From sequence record NC_070963.1: a stretch of 64,000 bases of DNA, one strand, 5' to 3'. Under the pieces are notes generated by a model. That model ran no database searches, was not told where the DNA came from, and worked only from the letters and a program-made list of their open reading frames with translations. The translations under genes were made by a program, and so were the position numbers. Shown one piece after another: positions 47,324-56,785 of this stretch (its first letter is position 1; the number at the start of each line of letters is the position of its first letter).

Positions 47324-49620
47324 GTAACGGAACAAAAGTAGTCAAGAGAAGCGGTGATATTGAATCTCTTGATTTAAATAAATTACATGTAATGGTCGAA
47401 GAATCTTGTAAGGATCTTGCTGGCGTTTCTGCCTCTCAAGTTGAAATGCAATCTGGAATTCAATTCTACAATGGAATTACCACTGCAGAAATTCAAGAAA
47501 TTCTAATTCGTTCTGCTTCTGACCTAATTGATCTTGAGCACCCTAATTACCAATTTGTTGCTGCTCGTCTTCTATTGTTTTCAATTCGTAAACAAATTTT
47601 TGGAAGAATTTACAATAGTTTGACTGTGTTGGAACATACACGTAAGTGTGTTGAAATGGGAGTTTATGATCCTGAAATTTTAAATCTATATTCTGAAGAA
47701 GAATTTGAAAAGTTAGAGTCTTTTATTGATCATGATCGAGATTATCTTTTTACTTATGCAGGTCTTCGTCAAGTCGTAGATAAGTATCTCGTTCAAGATC
47801 GTAGCACTAACGAACTTTATGAAACGCCACAATACATGTATCTTTTGATTGCGGCGACTATATTTTCAAAGTATCCAAAAGAAACACGTTTAGATTACGT
47901 TAAGAAGTATTATGACGCAATCTCAAAGCATAAAATCAACATTCCTACACCAATCATGGCAGGTGTTAGAACCCCACTTCGCCAATATGCAAGTTGTGTT
48001 CTTGTTGATGTTGATGACACCCTTGACAGCATCTTCAGTTCTGATATGGCAATTGGTCGCTATGTATCTCAGAGAGCAGGAATTGGTATCAACGCAGGTC
48101 GAATCCGTGGCATCAACTCTAAAATCAGAGGTGGGGAAGTTCAGCATACAGGCGTTGTCCCATTCCTCAAAAAGTTTGAAGCAACTGTTAGATGTTGTAC
48201 ACAAAATGGGATTCGTGGTGGAAGTGCTACTGTACATTTCCCAATCTGGCACCAAGAAATCGAAGATATTCTAGTTCTCAAAAATAATAAAGGAACCGAA
48301 GATAATCGTGTCCGTAAGTTAGATTATTCTATTCAAATCAGCAAACTCTTCTATGAGCGATTCATCCGTAACGAAGAAATCTCCCTCTTCTCTCCCCACG
48401 CTGTTCCTGGTCTGTATGATGCTTTTGGCACTGATGGATTTGACGACTTATATCTTCGTTATGAACGAGATGAGTCTATTCCAAGAAAAACTATCGGCGC
48501 TCAAGAACTCTTTCTTTCACTCTTAAAGGAACGTGCTGAAACTGGTCGTATTTACATTATGAATATTGACCATTGTAATTCTCATTCATCTTTCCTTGAT
48601 AAAGTTGAAATGAGTAATCTTTGTCAAGAAATTACTCTTCCGACTAAACCTATTCAACATATTGATGATCCTGATGGTGAAATTGCTCTTTGTATTTTGA
48701 GCGCAATTAACGTTGGAAAACTTAAATCTAATGATGAACTTGAAGTTCTTTGTGATCTTTCTGTTCGTTCTCTTGATGAGTTGATTGACTTTCAAGGATA
48801 CCCCGTCAAATCGGCAGAAATCGCCACCAGAGCACGTCGTTCTCTTGGGGTAGGGTATATTGGTCTTGCTCACTATCTTGCCAAACATGGGGAGCATTAT
48901 GACGATCCTGGCGCTTGGAAATTAGTTCATGATCTAACAGAAGCATTTCAGTATTATTTGATTAAAGCAACTGTTAATCTTGCTAAGGAAAAAGGTGCTT
49001 GTGAATATTCACATCGAACTAAGTATGCTCAAGGTATTCTTCCTATAGATACTTACAAGAAAGACGTGGATGAAATTGTACCTAACGAACTTAAGTATGA
49101 TTGGGAGTCGCTACGGGAGCAGGTTAAGAAGTATGGAGTACGGAACTCAACATTGTCCGCACAGATGCCATCGGAGAGCAGTTCCGTTGTGTCAAACGCA
49201 ACCAATGGAATCGAACCACCTAGAGGATACTTGTCCGTTAAGAAGTCGAAGAAAGGACCTCTTAAGCAAATTGTTCCACAGTACCAAACTCTTAAGAACA
49301 ATTATACGCTTCTTTGGGATATGCCTAGCAATCTTGGTTATATCAATATTGTTGCTGTTATGCAAAAATTCTTTGATCAGGCGATTTCTGGAAACTGGTC
49401 ATATAACCCACAGAATTATTCAGATAATGAAGTTCCTGTTAGCGTAATGGCACAAGACCTTCTAATGACCTATAAGTTGGGTTGGAAGACCAGTTATTAT
49501 CAAAATACCTATGACATTAAAACTGATGAAGTAGTTGAAGAACCAAAGCAAGAACTCCAGTCTCTTCTAGATGATATTATGAGTAGTGATGAAGATGATT
49601 GTGAAAGTTGCAAAATTTGA
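47320..49620 (+). CDS. nrdA: Ribonucleotide reductase class Ia alpha subunit
   Basis: ATP-cone, ASCVL, SNLCQEI, LCILSA, MPSESSS, C-terminal CESC; no intein. Confidence 0.97.
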   Translation: MSNGTKVVKRSGDIESLDLNKLHVMVEESCKDLAGVSASQVEMQSGIQFYNGITTAEIQEILIRSASDLIDLEHPNYQFVAARLLLFSIRKQIFGRIYNSLTVLEHTRKCVEMGVYDPEILNLYSEEEFEKLESFIDHDRDYLFTYAGLRQVVDKYLVQDRSTNELYETPQYMYLLIAATIFSKYPKETRLDYVKKYYDAISKHKINIPTPIMAGVRTPLRQYASCVLVDVDDTLDSIFSSDMAIGRYVSQRAGIGINAGRIRGINSKIRGGEVQHTGVVPFLKKFEATVRCCTQNGIRGGSATVHFPIWHQEIEDILVLKNNKGTEDNRVRKLDYSIQISKLFYERFIRNEEISLFSPHAVPGLYDAFGTDGFDDLYLRYERDESIPRKTIGAQELFLSLLKERAETGRIYIMNIDHCNSHSSFLDKVEMSNLCQEITLPTKPIQHIDDPDGEIALCILSAINVGKLKSNDELEVLCDLSVRSLDELIDFQGYPVKSAEIATRARRSLGVGYIGLAHYLAKHGEHYDDPGAWKLVHDLTEAFQYYLIKATVNLAKEKGACEYSHRTKYAQGILPIDTYKKDVDEIVPNELKYDWESLREQVKKYGVRNSTLSAQMPSESSSVVSNATNGIEPPRGYLSVKKSKKGPLKQIVPQYQTLKNNYTLLWDMPSNLGYINIVAVMQKFFDQAISGNWSYNPQNYSDNEVPVSVMAQDLLMTYKLGWKTSYYQNTYDIKTDEVVEEPKQELQSLLDDIMSSDEDDCESCKI

Positions 49621-49669
49621 TTCAGTTAAATATTACAGTGTGAGTTAAAGTTAATTTGTTGAGGGAAGT

Positions 49670-50851
49670 ATGGTTTTTAATTTTAAAACAAATTCAGAGG
49701 AAAAAAGCATGGTCGAATCAATGACCGTTTTTAATTCTCAAGAAGTAGATACCAAAAAGCAACCTATGTTTTTTGGTCAACCATTAGGATTACAAAGATA
49801 TGATCAATATAAATATCCAATTTTTGACAAATTAACTCAACAACAATTAGGTTATTTTTGGAGACCTGAAGAAATTTCTTTACAGAAAGATAGAGGAGAT
49901 TATCAAACTCTTCGTCCAGAACAGAAACATATTTTTACATCAAACTTAAAATATCAGATTATGCTTGATTCAGTTCAAGGAAGAGGCCCTGGTATGGCAT
50001 TTGCCCCATACTGTTCTCTTCCTGAATTGGAAGCATGTATGAAGGTCTGGGAGTTTATGGAAATGATCCATTCTCGCTCTTACACGTATATTATAAAAAA
50101 TGTATATTCAGACCCTTCTGAAGTTTTCGATACGATTTTAAATGATGATCGTATTATGGAACGTGCTATTAGTGTCACTGAATCTTATAATGAATTTATC
50201 AATAGTGCTCAACAATATGGAACATCTAATGATTGGATTTATGCGTTAGAACAAGTTCCCACCGCACAAAGTACAAGATATGAACTTAAAAGAAAACTGT
50301 ACCGAGCAGTTGCAAACGTTAATATTCTTGAAGGTATTCGCTTTTACGTCAGTTTCGCTTGCAGTTTTGCATTTGGCGAACTCAAGCTTATGGAAGGAAG
50401 TGCAAAAATCATCTCATTGATTGCTCGTGACGAAAGTCAGCACTTGGTCATTACTCAGAACATTCTAAACAAGTGGAAAGAGGGTGATGACCCTGATATG
50501 AAGAAAATCACACAAGAAGAAGAACAGTGGGTCTACAAGACGTTTGAGAAGGCAGTTAATCAAGAAAAACTTTGGGCAGAATATCTGTTCAAAAATGGTT
50601 CTATGATTGGACTTAATGATAAACTTCTTCAACAATATGTCGAATGGGTTGCAAATCGCAGAATGAAAGCGATTGGTCTAAAACCGATTTATGACATTCC
50701 CGCGAAAAATAATCCACTACCATGGACTGATCATTGGTTGAATTCTAAATCTTTGCAAAATGCCCCACAGGAAGTGGAAATTGAACAATACTTAATTGGT
50801 GGCATTAAGCAAGATATGAAAAATGATACTTTTGCAAACTTTAAACTATGA
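49670..50851 (+). CDS. nrdB: Ribonucleotide reductase class Ia beta subunit
   Basis: FWRPEEI, LDSVQGRG, EMIHSRSY, LEGIRFYVSF, IARDESQH. Confidence 0.97.
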   Translation: MVFNFKTNSEEKSMVESMTVFNSQEVDTKKQPMFFGQPLGLQRYDQYKYPIFDKLTQQQLGYFWRPEEISLQKDRGDYQTLRPEQKHIFTSNLKYQIMLDSVQGRGPGMAFAPYCSLPELEACMKVWEFMEMIHSRSYTYIIKNVYSDPSEVFDTILNDDRIMERAISVTESYNEFINSAQQYGTSNDWIYALEQVPTAQSTRYELKRKLYRAVANVNILEGIRFYVSFACSFAFGELKLMEGSAKIISLIARDESQHLVITQNILNKWKEGDDPDMKKITQEEEQWVYKTFEKAVNQEKLWAEYLFKNGSMIGLNDKLLQQYVEWVANRRMKAIGLKPIYDIPAKNNPLPWTDHWLNSKSLQNAPQEVEIEQYLIGGIKQDMKNDTFANFKL

Positions 50852-50994
50852 TTTCTAGTCATCATGAAATTGAGTGGAATCTTGAAGAAATGAAAAATGC
50901 TTACAAAGAAGCAGCAGAATCTGATAAATTTTTATTTGGAGACTTTGATTATTCTTATGTTTGGAAAGAATCAAATAGTAATGATGTTTATTAG
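50848..50994 (+). CDS. Small hypothetical protein (48 aa)
   Basis: Manual translation; ATGA overlap with nrdB. Confidence 0.45.
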   Translation: MISSHHEIEWNLEEMKNAYKEAAESDKFLFGDFDYSYVWKESNSNDVY

Positions 50995-51015
50995 AGTCCT
51001 TCGGGACTTTTTTTT
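50995..51015 (+). terminator. Intrinsic terminator with UUCG tetraloop, followed by late promoter TATAAATA (51015-51022)
   Basis: AGTCC-TTCG-GGACT then T-run. Confidence 0.85.
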
Positions 51016-51049
51016 ATAAATAAAATTATAGAGAACTAAGAAAGTAAAA

Positions 51050-52246
51050 ATGTCTAGAATTACTGGATTTGATGCTGCAAATTTGATAGAAGCATATAAT
51101 GCGGTGTATGCTCCTCAAGAAGAGATTGAACTCACTGAAGAACAATTTGCTGAAGAAGTTCAGCATTGGGTAGACGTTGTATTAGATGAGGGACATGATT
51201 TAAGTTCAATTACTTGGGATGATATTTATTTGATGGCAGAAGATGCTGTCGGTAGAACAGGTAGAAGTTGGGGTCAACAATTTGGGCAAGCACTAAGAGG
51301 CGCGGCTGGCGGTGCTTTAAACTCCGCCAGAAACGTAGTAAGAGGTGCTGCTGATGTTGCTGGTGCAAGTGCCCAAGGATTAATTGGACAAAAAACTACT
51401 TCAACTAATCCACTTGCTAGAATGGCAAATACTTCAAGCCGTATAGTAACTGCTCCAGCAAGAGGATATGGTAGATTTGTTCAAGGCAGTGCTGAAGGAA
51501 TTCTTGGAAAGAGCGGTTCACCAACTGCACCATCCTCAACTACTTTTCAAAATACTGGTGGATATGGTAGATACCAATCGCCAGCAACTCAACAATATGG
51601 CAATCAATCAAGATTTGCTGGTGCTCGTGATGCTGCAGTTGCAAGAGCAAGACAAATTAAAGGATCTCCCGTAGTTGGTCCAAGGTTAGTTGGTCCAGGA
51701 TCTTCTTCGACACCAGCAAGACCTGCTGTTCGTCCTGCAGCAACTACTACTGCTTCCACAAGACCTGTAGCAACCGCTCTCGCTGCCCCTGCCGCTCCTA
51801 GACCAACACCAACAGCAGCAGTTCCAAATGCTCCTGCTGCTCCTAGACCTTCTCTTGCTCAGCAAAGAGCAGAACTTGAGCAAATGAGAAAAAGATCTCA
51901 ACAGCGTATCATGGCACAAGGAGGAACTCCAGCAACTCCTTTAGTTCAATCTTTTGATCCTTTTGATATTGTAATGGGATATTTGATTGATGAAGGTTAT
52001 GCTGAAAATGAAGAAGCAGCAACAGTCATTATGGCAAATATGAGTGAAGGGTGGAGAGAAGAAATTCTTGAGGGAAGAGTTGCTAGTGAAACAATGGGTT
52101 CTGGTGAAAGAAGAAGAGAAAGAAATGATAGATATAGAGAAGAAAATCCAACTCTACCAAGTGGAAATCCTATAGGATCAAATGCTCAATTAATGAGACA
52201 AATGGCACATGCCAAAAAAAGAGGAGTGAAGAAGAAAAAAGATTAA
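51050..52246 (+). CDS. Late low-complexity protein with EGYA...MANMSEGW domain
   Basis: A/P/R/G-rich centre; DPFDIVMGYLIDEGYAENEEAATVIMANMSEGWREEILE. Confidence 0.7.
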   Translation: MSRITGFDAANLIEAYNAVYAPQEEIELTEEQFAEEVQHWVDVVLDEGHDLSSITWDDIYLMAEDAVGRTGRSWGQQFGQALRGAAGGALNSARNVVRGAADVAGASAQGLIGQKTTSTNPLARMANTSSRIVTAPARGYGRFVQGSAEGILGKSGSPTAPSSTTFQNTGGYGRYQSPATQQYGNQSRFAGARDAAVARARQIKGSPVVGPRLVGPGSSSTPARPAVRPAATTTASTRPVATALAAPAAPRPTPTAAVPNAPAAPRPSLAQQRAELEQMRKRSQQRIMAQGGTPATPLVQSFDPFDIVMGYLIDEGYAENEEAATVIMANMSEGWREEILEGRVASETMGSGERRRERNDRYREENPTLPSGNPIGSNAQLMRQMAHAKKRGVKKKKD

Positions 52247-52267
52247 ATTTATTTGTTTAATTTATTC

Positions 52268-52301
52268 AGAGGGTCTAACCAACCCTCTTTTTTTATAAAT
52301 A
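52268..52301 (+). terminator. Intrinsic terminator plus late promoter TATAAATA (52294-52301)
   Basis: AGAGGGT-CTAACCA-ACCCTCT, T-run. Confidence 0.8.
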
Positions 52302-52323
52302 ACTAAAAAAGTAAGAAAGAAAC

Positions 52324-53667
52324 ATGAAGTCCTTTAGTCAGTTTTTGGAAGAATCCTATTTGAGTGAAGAAGAGGCAAGACAAGGATCATTATTTACCCG
52401 CAGTGGAAAACCACAAAACTTTAAGGGTGGAAAAACTCCATTCACTGCAACAGATCCAACACCACTTCCAACATCTAAAAGACTTTCGGCAGGGGCACCA
52501 GAAGCACCAAAAACATCTCCTGGACAATTAAGTATTCCAGAACCAAAAACAACTAAGGTTTCTGGATCACAAGTTAGAAGTTCTGGAGAAGCAAGACAAG
52601 GATCATTACTTACAAAAAGTGGTCAAGCGCAAAATTTTACAGGTGGAAGAACTCCTTTTGTTGGGACTGAACCAGTAAAAGCAACCAAACGTCTCCCAGC
52701 AGCTGCTCCAGAAGCACCAAAAGTTTCTTCAGGTCAACAAGTAATTAGACAAACTTCTAATCCACCAACTACAAAAGCATTACCTCCCGGACAAAAAGGT
52801 GCTCCATTAGCAACAAGGTCTTCTACCAAACCAGCAACAACTCCACCAATTCAAGCAGTAAATGTAAAGGATATTACTCCAAAACCAAAGGCACTTCCTG
52901 CTGGTAAACCACCTTCTGGTCCAAAACTAACAGGAGGAACGGCAAAAGCAGCAAGCACGACATTAACTGCTGCAGGAAGTGCATCAAAATTAGGAAAAAT
53001 TGCAAAATTTGCTGGACCAGCATCTGCTGCGCTTGATACAGCACTCTCTACTGCGGATGAAAGAGCAAAAGGATCTGGTTGGGCGAGATCACTCGCTAAA
53101 GGTGCTACAGTTGCTGCTGGAGGTCTTTTAGGAGGAACTGCTGGAGCAATCGGTGGAGGTGGACTTCTAAGTGCTGCTACAGGAACTGCTGGCGCTATGG
53201 CAGGTGGTGCTGCTGCAGAAAAGGCATTTGATACTGTTGCTGGAGCTAATGCAAAAGAAAGAAAAGCAATGGCAACAGCAAATCGTCAGCGTCAAGCAGG
53301 AACTGCTATCAAAGGTATTGGTGGAAAAACAACCTTTGATACTAAAAAGAATACTATGACAACTGGTACAGGTTCGCAAAGAAAAACAGTTGGACTTGCT
53401 AAAACAGGTGTAGTTCAGCGTGGAGGTCAATCTGTTGCTGGACATCTTGCATATAAAGATGGTAAAGCGGTTTATAAAGCAGGACCAAGTGCTCAATCAC
53501 TTGCTAAAACTTCTTCCAATCCACTAGAAAGAATTGGTAGATCTTTATTTGCAGGAGCATATAAAAAGCATGATATTGCAAAATCTCAGCAGGCATTAAC
53601 AAAAGCAAGACAATCTGATGCTGCTCGTAATAAAGCACTTGGTGTTAAAATGAAGCCTGGTGGATGA
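52324..53667 (+). CDS. Late basic low-complexity protein with CTS-like N-terminus (MKSFSQFLEE) and internal repeat
   Basis: Two ~50-aa copies starting EARQGSL; K/A/G/T/P-rich. Confidence 0.7.
   Translation: MKSFSQFLEESYLSEEEARQGSLFTRSGKPQNFKGGKTPFTATDPTPLPTSKRLSAGAPEAPKTSPGQLSIPEPKTTKVSGSQVRSSGEARQGSLLTKSGQAQNFTGGRTPFVGTEPVKATKRLPAAAPEAPKVSSGQQVIRQTSNPPTTKALPPGQKGAPLATRSSTKPATTPPIQAVNVKDITPKPKALPAGKPPSGPKLTGGTAKAASTTLTAAGSASKLGKIAKFAGPASAALDTALSTADERAKGSGWARSLAKGATVAAGGLLGGTAGAIGGGGLLSAATGTAGAMAGGAAAEKAFDTVAGANAKERKAMATANRQRQAGTAIKGIGGKTTFDTKKNTMTTGTGSQRKTVGLAKTGVVQRGGQSVAGHLAYKDGKAVYKAGPSAQSLAKTSSNPLERIGRSLFAGAYKKHDIAKSQQALTKARQSDAARNKALGVKMKPGG
52372..52737 (+). repeat. Intragenic duplication (~52372-52527 and ~52588-52737)
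   Basis: EARQGSLFTRSGKPQNFKGGKTPF...APEAPKTSPGQ vs EARQGSLLTKSGQAQNFTGGRTPF...APEAPKVSSGQ. Confidence 0.85.
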
Positions 53668-53671
53668 TTTT

Positions 53672-53679
53672 TATAAATA
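53672..53679 (+). promoter_or_regulatory. T4-type late promoter TATAAATA
   Basis: Exact consensus upstream of the ORF at 53710. Confidence 0.75.
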
Positions 53680-53709
53680 CCTTTATATAAAGGTATTAAA
53701 TTTATAACC

Positions 53710-55308
53710 ATGTCTAGAATTTCGCAAGATTTCATCAACAGTGTTGGATACTTGTATGAGGAAATCAACATTCAGCAGAATGACTTTCTGAATGAAGAAT
53801 CTCAGTATTATGATGCCGAAGTATCAGAACTTGTAGAAGATATTCTTGCTACTATCTCAACTTCAATGGTTTATGAGGGATATAGTGCAGAAGGTATTAT
53901 TGGATTTCTTGCTGATTCTTCGGAGCAAGATATTGTTGAAAAGTATCTAAGTTTTGATGAGAACATTCTTACCGAAAGTGTAGTTTCTGAAGATTATATT
54001 ACAGAACAACTAGAACTTTTTGATGTTGCAATTGATGAAGGTATTGGATCATTAATTGGAAAAGTTGCTAAAGGTGCAATTGGACTTGCAGGAAGAGTAG
54101 CATCAAAACCTGCTAGAGCAGCAGTTGCTAAAAAAATGATGACAAGTAAAAATCCTGCTAAAACAGCAGCAGCGGTTGATAGACTTGCAAGAATGAAATT
54201 AAACAAAGCAGGTGCTCCTTCTGATATAACTAAAAAACTTGTAGATGCTGCACCAGATGTTTCGACCAAAACAAGGATAGCAGCAACTGCTCCTGTTGTT
54301 GGTAAACTTGTTAAAGGTGCTCAAAAAGTAAAAGATATTGGTCAAGGTGCAAAAAAAGCACTTCCAGGAATCGCTAAAGGTGCTGGAATCTTTGGATTAG
54401 GTGCCGCTGGTGGTTATGTTGGGGCAAAAATGGCAGGTGCTGGGTCTGGAACAAAATCAACAGAATCTCAAAGACCACCTGCTTCAGCAGATGCTTCAGC
54501 AGATGCTCCATCAGCACCTTCTACACCAGGATCTAGAACATCTTCTACACCTGCACCTAAAGCACCTTCTACAAGATCTTCTGCATCAGGTTCTAAACCC
54601 AGATCAAAAGATGCTGCACGTCCAGGAGAAACTCCAATGCAACAGTGGGCAAGACTACATCCAAATCTTGCTGCTAAGGTCAAACCGGGTCAGTCTGGAT
54701 ATGAAGAAATTTCACAAACAAGAGTGAAACCTGGTCCTTATGAGAAGCAAAATCAAACTCCCACTCAAGGACCATCAACTGCACAAATTGATACAAAGGA
54801 CGTAGATGCTGCCATAAAAGCAGAACAAGAAAGACAAAAGAAGAGATTAGAGCAGCAAAAGAATACCTCTATGACTGCTAAAGAATCCTATGAACCTTAT
54901 GATGTTGTTTTAAATTACTTGATGTCTGAGGGTCATGCAGATACCCTAGATGAAGCAAATTATATCATGTTAGAGATGGATGAAAAAGCAATTGGAACAA
55001 TTATTGAAGAGTATGAAGATTATTTACTTGCTGAAGAGATTCAAGAATGGGTCAATAGTCTTTTAGATGAAGGATACGATCTTTCAGAATATTCTTGGGA
55101 TGATGTTGTTGAGTATTATGTAACTGAAGCAAAGTATGGAACTGCAAAAGGTCGTAAAAAACTTGCAAAGAAAGTTCGTGCAGGAAAAGATGTTGGTAAA
55201 AAAGGTGCTGGATTTGAGGCAATTGTAGACAAAGCATCAGGAAAATATGGCAAAAAAAGAGCAACTAAAATTGCCGCTGCAGCAATGTGGAAAAATCTTG
55301 GTAAGTGA
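53710..55308 (+). CDS. Late modular protein, acidic/basic alternating, with EG(H/Y) paralogous domains
   Basis: YDVVLNYLMSEGHADTLDEANYIMLEM; EWVNSLLDEGYDLSEYSWDD; basic C-terminal module. Confidence 0.7.
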   Translation: MSRISQDFINSVGYLYEEINIQQNDFLNEESQYYDAEVSELVEDILATISTSMVYEGYSAEGIIGFLADSSEQDIVEKYLSFDENILTESVVSEDYITEQLELFDVAIDEGIGSLIGKVAKGAIGLAGRVASKPARAAVAKKMMTSKNPAKTAAAVDRLARMKLNKAGAPSDITKKLVDAAPDVSTKTRIAATAPVVGKLVKGAQKVKDIGQGAKKALPGIAKGAGIFGLGAAGGYVGAKMAGAGSGTKSTESQRPPASADASADAPSAPSTPGSRTSSTPAPKAPSTRSSASGSKPRSKDAARPGETPMQQWARLHPNLAAKVKPGQSGYEEISQTRVKPGPYEKQNQTPTQGPSTAQIDTKDVDAAIKAEQERQKKRLEQQKNTSMTAKESYEPYDVVLNYLMSEGHADTLDEANYIMLEMDEKAIGTIIEEYEDYLLAEEIQEWVNSLLDEGYDLSEYSWDDVVEYYVTEAKYGTAKGRKKLAKKVRAGKDVGKKGAGFEAIVDKASGKYGKKRATKIAAAAMWKNLGK

Positions 55309-55327
55309 AGTTATTATAACATCTTCA

Positions 55328-55373
55328 AAGGGGGCTTGACAAGTCCCCTTTTTTATTGCTAGACTAGGTTTGT
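55328..55373 (+). promoter_or_regulatory. Terminator hairpin overlapping sigma70-type promoter TTGACA-N18-TAGACT-AGGTTTGT
   Basis: AAGGGGGCTTGACAAGTCCCCTTTTTT; boxes shared with the minus-strand element at 17685-17725. Confidence 0.7.
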
Positions 55374-55395
55374 CTCCGTTGAAGATAAATTATAT

Positions 55396-55827
55396 TTAAT
55401 AATACTTAGAGCTCTTAAGGGCAGCACCATAAATTCTTTCAGATTCACTCATATAAAAAGTTCCGCCAATATTTGTATTATAATACTCTTCACTCATTAA
55501 TACATTGCGGTTGAACTGTTCATAAGTTTCATAATAACTCATTGATTTCTTATGAGGACATAGGTAAAGAATTTCACGAAGAAAATGTTCTTTACCTAAT
55601 TTTTTTACATCTTCATTAAGTTCATCACAAGATCCAAAGTAATTTTTCCAATCACTTTCTAGTGTTTTTCTTCTTCCAGTTTTTCTATCCTTTTGCCTTG
55701 TCCAGAAATGTTTTTTACCAATGTATTTTTTATTATTCGTAAGATTCGTAATTATATAAACAAATCCCTCCATTCCTTTGGGAACATCGGTAAAGACCTC
55801 TCCATTATATTGCCAATTCATAAGCAT
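55396..55827 (-). CDS. GIY-YIG endonuclease
   Basis: GFVYIITNLTNNKKYIGKK, YFGS, YYETYEQ, YYNTNI. Confidence 0.85.
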   Translation of the reverse strand: MLMNWQYNGEVFTDVPKGMEGFVYIITNLTNNKKYIGKKHFWTRQKDRKTGRRKTLESDWKNYFGSCDELNEDVKKLGKEHFLREILYLCPHKKSMSYYETYEQFNRNVLMSEEYYNTNIGGTFYMSESERIYGAALKSSKYY

Positions 55828-55905
55828 TCTTTATTTACCTATTTAGATTTGTCATCGGAGGATAAAAATGCTAGACTTGAAGAAATCGATGATTTTCTAA
55901 ATACT

Positions 55906-56082
55906 ATGACCACACTTGAAAAAACTCTTCGACAGTCTCATGATTGGGCAATTGATCGTATTCATGAGTTGTCTGAGCATGATCTTGAATCCGCATATGC
56001 AATTCAATCCGAATTTAGTGAATGGTTAAATCCAGATATTCCGGAACATGATGTTTTTTCACTCGAATACATAGGAGATTAA
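55906..56082 (+). CDS. Small hypothetical protein (58 aa)
   Basis: MTTLEKTLRQSHDWAIDRIH...; the longer 55693 start would overlap the GIY-YIG gene. Confidence 0.55.
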   Translation: MTTLEKTLRQSHDWAIDRIHELSEHDLESAYAIQSEFSEWLNPDIPEHDVFSLEYIGD

Positions 56083-56083
56083 A

Positions 56084-56785
56084 ATGATAATCGATCTTCA
56101 TAGTTTTTTTAAATTTTATGATGAGAAGAATCCAAAACATGTTGCAGCAGTAGAGCAATTTGAAAAAGATCTTCTTGCGAAAGCAGAAGAGTTGATGGAT
56201 GATGATTCAAATTGGGTAAGAATTTTTAGATCCAAAGTTGAAGCACCAAAGACTCCCGGTGTTCTTAATGTTCCTTTTTATCCACAAACAGATAATTACA
56301 AAGATGCAAATAGAACTTGTAATTCATCTTCTTGTGCGATGGTATTAGAATACTTTAAACCAGGCACACTTCAAGGACCCAAAGGCGATGACGCATACAT
56401 TCGCAAGGTTTTCGCAATTGGTGATACAACTGACCACGACGTTCAGACCAAAGTTCTTGCGTCTTATGGTATTAAGTCACAATTTAGGTACAATCTTTCT
56501 TTTGCTGACCTTGATAGGGAGCTTGCCGCTGGGAGACCTGTTTGTATCGGGATTCTTCATCGGGGTTCTCTATCTGCACCTACTGGTGGGCACATATGTG
56601 TAGTAATTGGTAAAAAAGGTGAAGATTATGTGATTAATGACCCATATGGTTCTTTGAATGATGGGTATACTGGTCCAGTCACAAATGGTAAAGGCGTCGT
56701 CTATAAGCGTTCAGATTTAGTTCGCCGTTGGTGTCCAAAGGGTAATGATGGTTGGGGAAGAGTCTTTGACGCAAAAAAGCAATGA
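56084..56785 (+). CDS. C39-like cysteine peptidase (cell-wall/lysis associated)
   Basis: VPFYPQTDN, RTCNSSSCAM (Q..C), GGHICVV (H), INDPYG (D). Confidence 0.8.
   Translation: MIIDLHSFFKFYDEKNPKHVAAVEQFEKDLLAKAEELMDDDSNWVRIFRSKVEAPKTPGVLNVPFYPQTDNYKDANRTCNSSSCAMVLEYFKPGTLQGPKGDDAYIRKVFAIGDTTDHDVQTKVLASYGIKSQFRYNLSFADLDRELAAGRPVCIGILHRGSLSAPTGGHICVVIGKKGEDYVINDPYGSLNDGYTGPVTNGKGVVYKRSDLVRRWCPKGNDGWGRVFDAKKQ

Noticed and set aside
4216-50851. Introns or inteins in terL, gp43, uvsX, gp41, nrdA, nrdB
   Set aside because: All are continuous ORFs of normal length with no insertion or intein-like termini
55693-55905. N-terminal extension of the 55693-56082 ORF
   Set aside because: Overlaps the GIY-YIG gene on the other strand; the plausible protein starts at 55906
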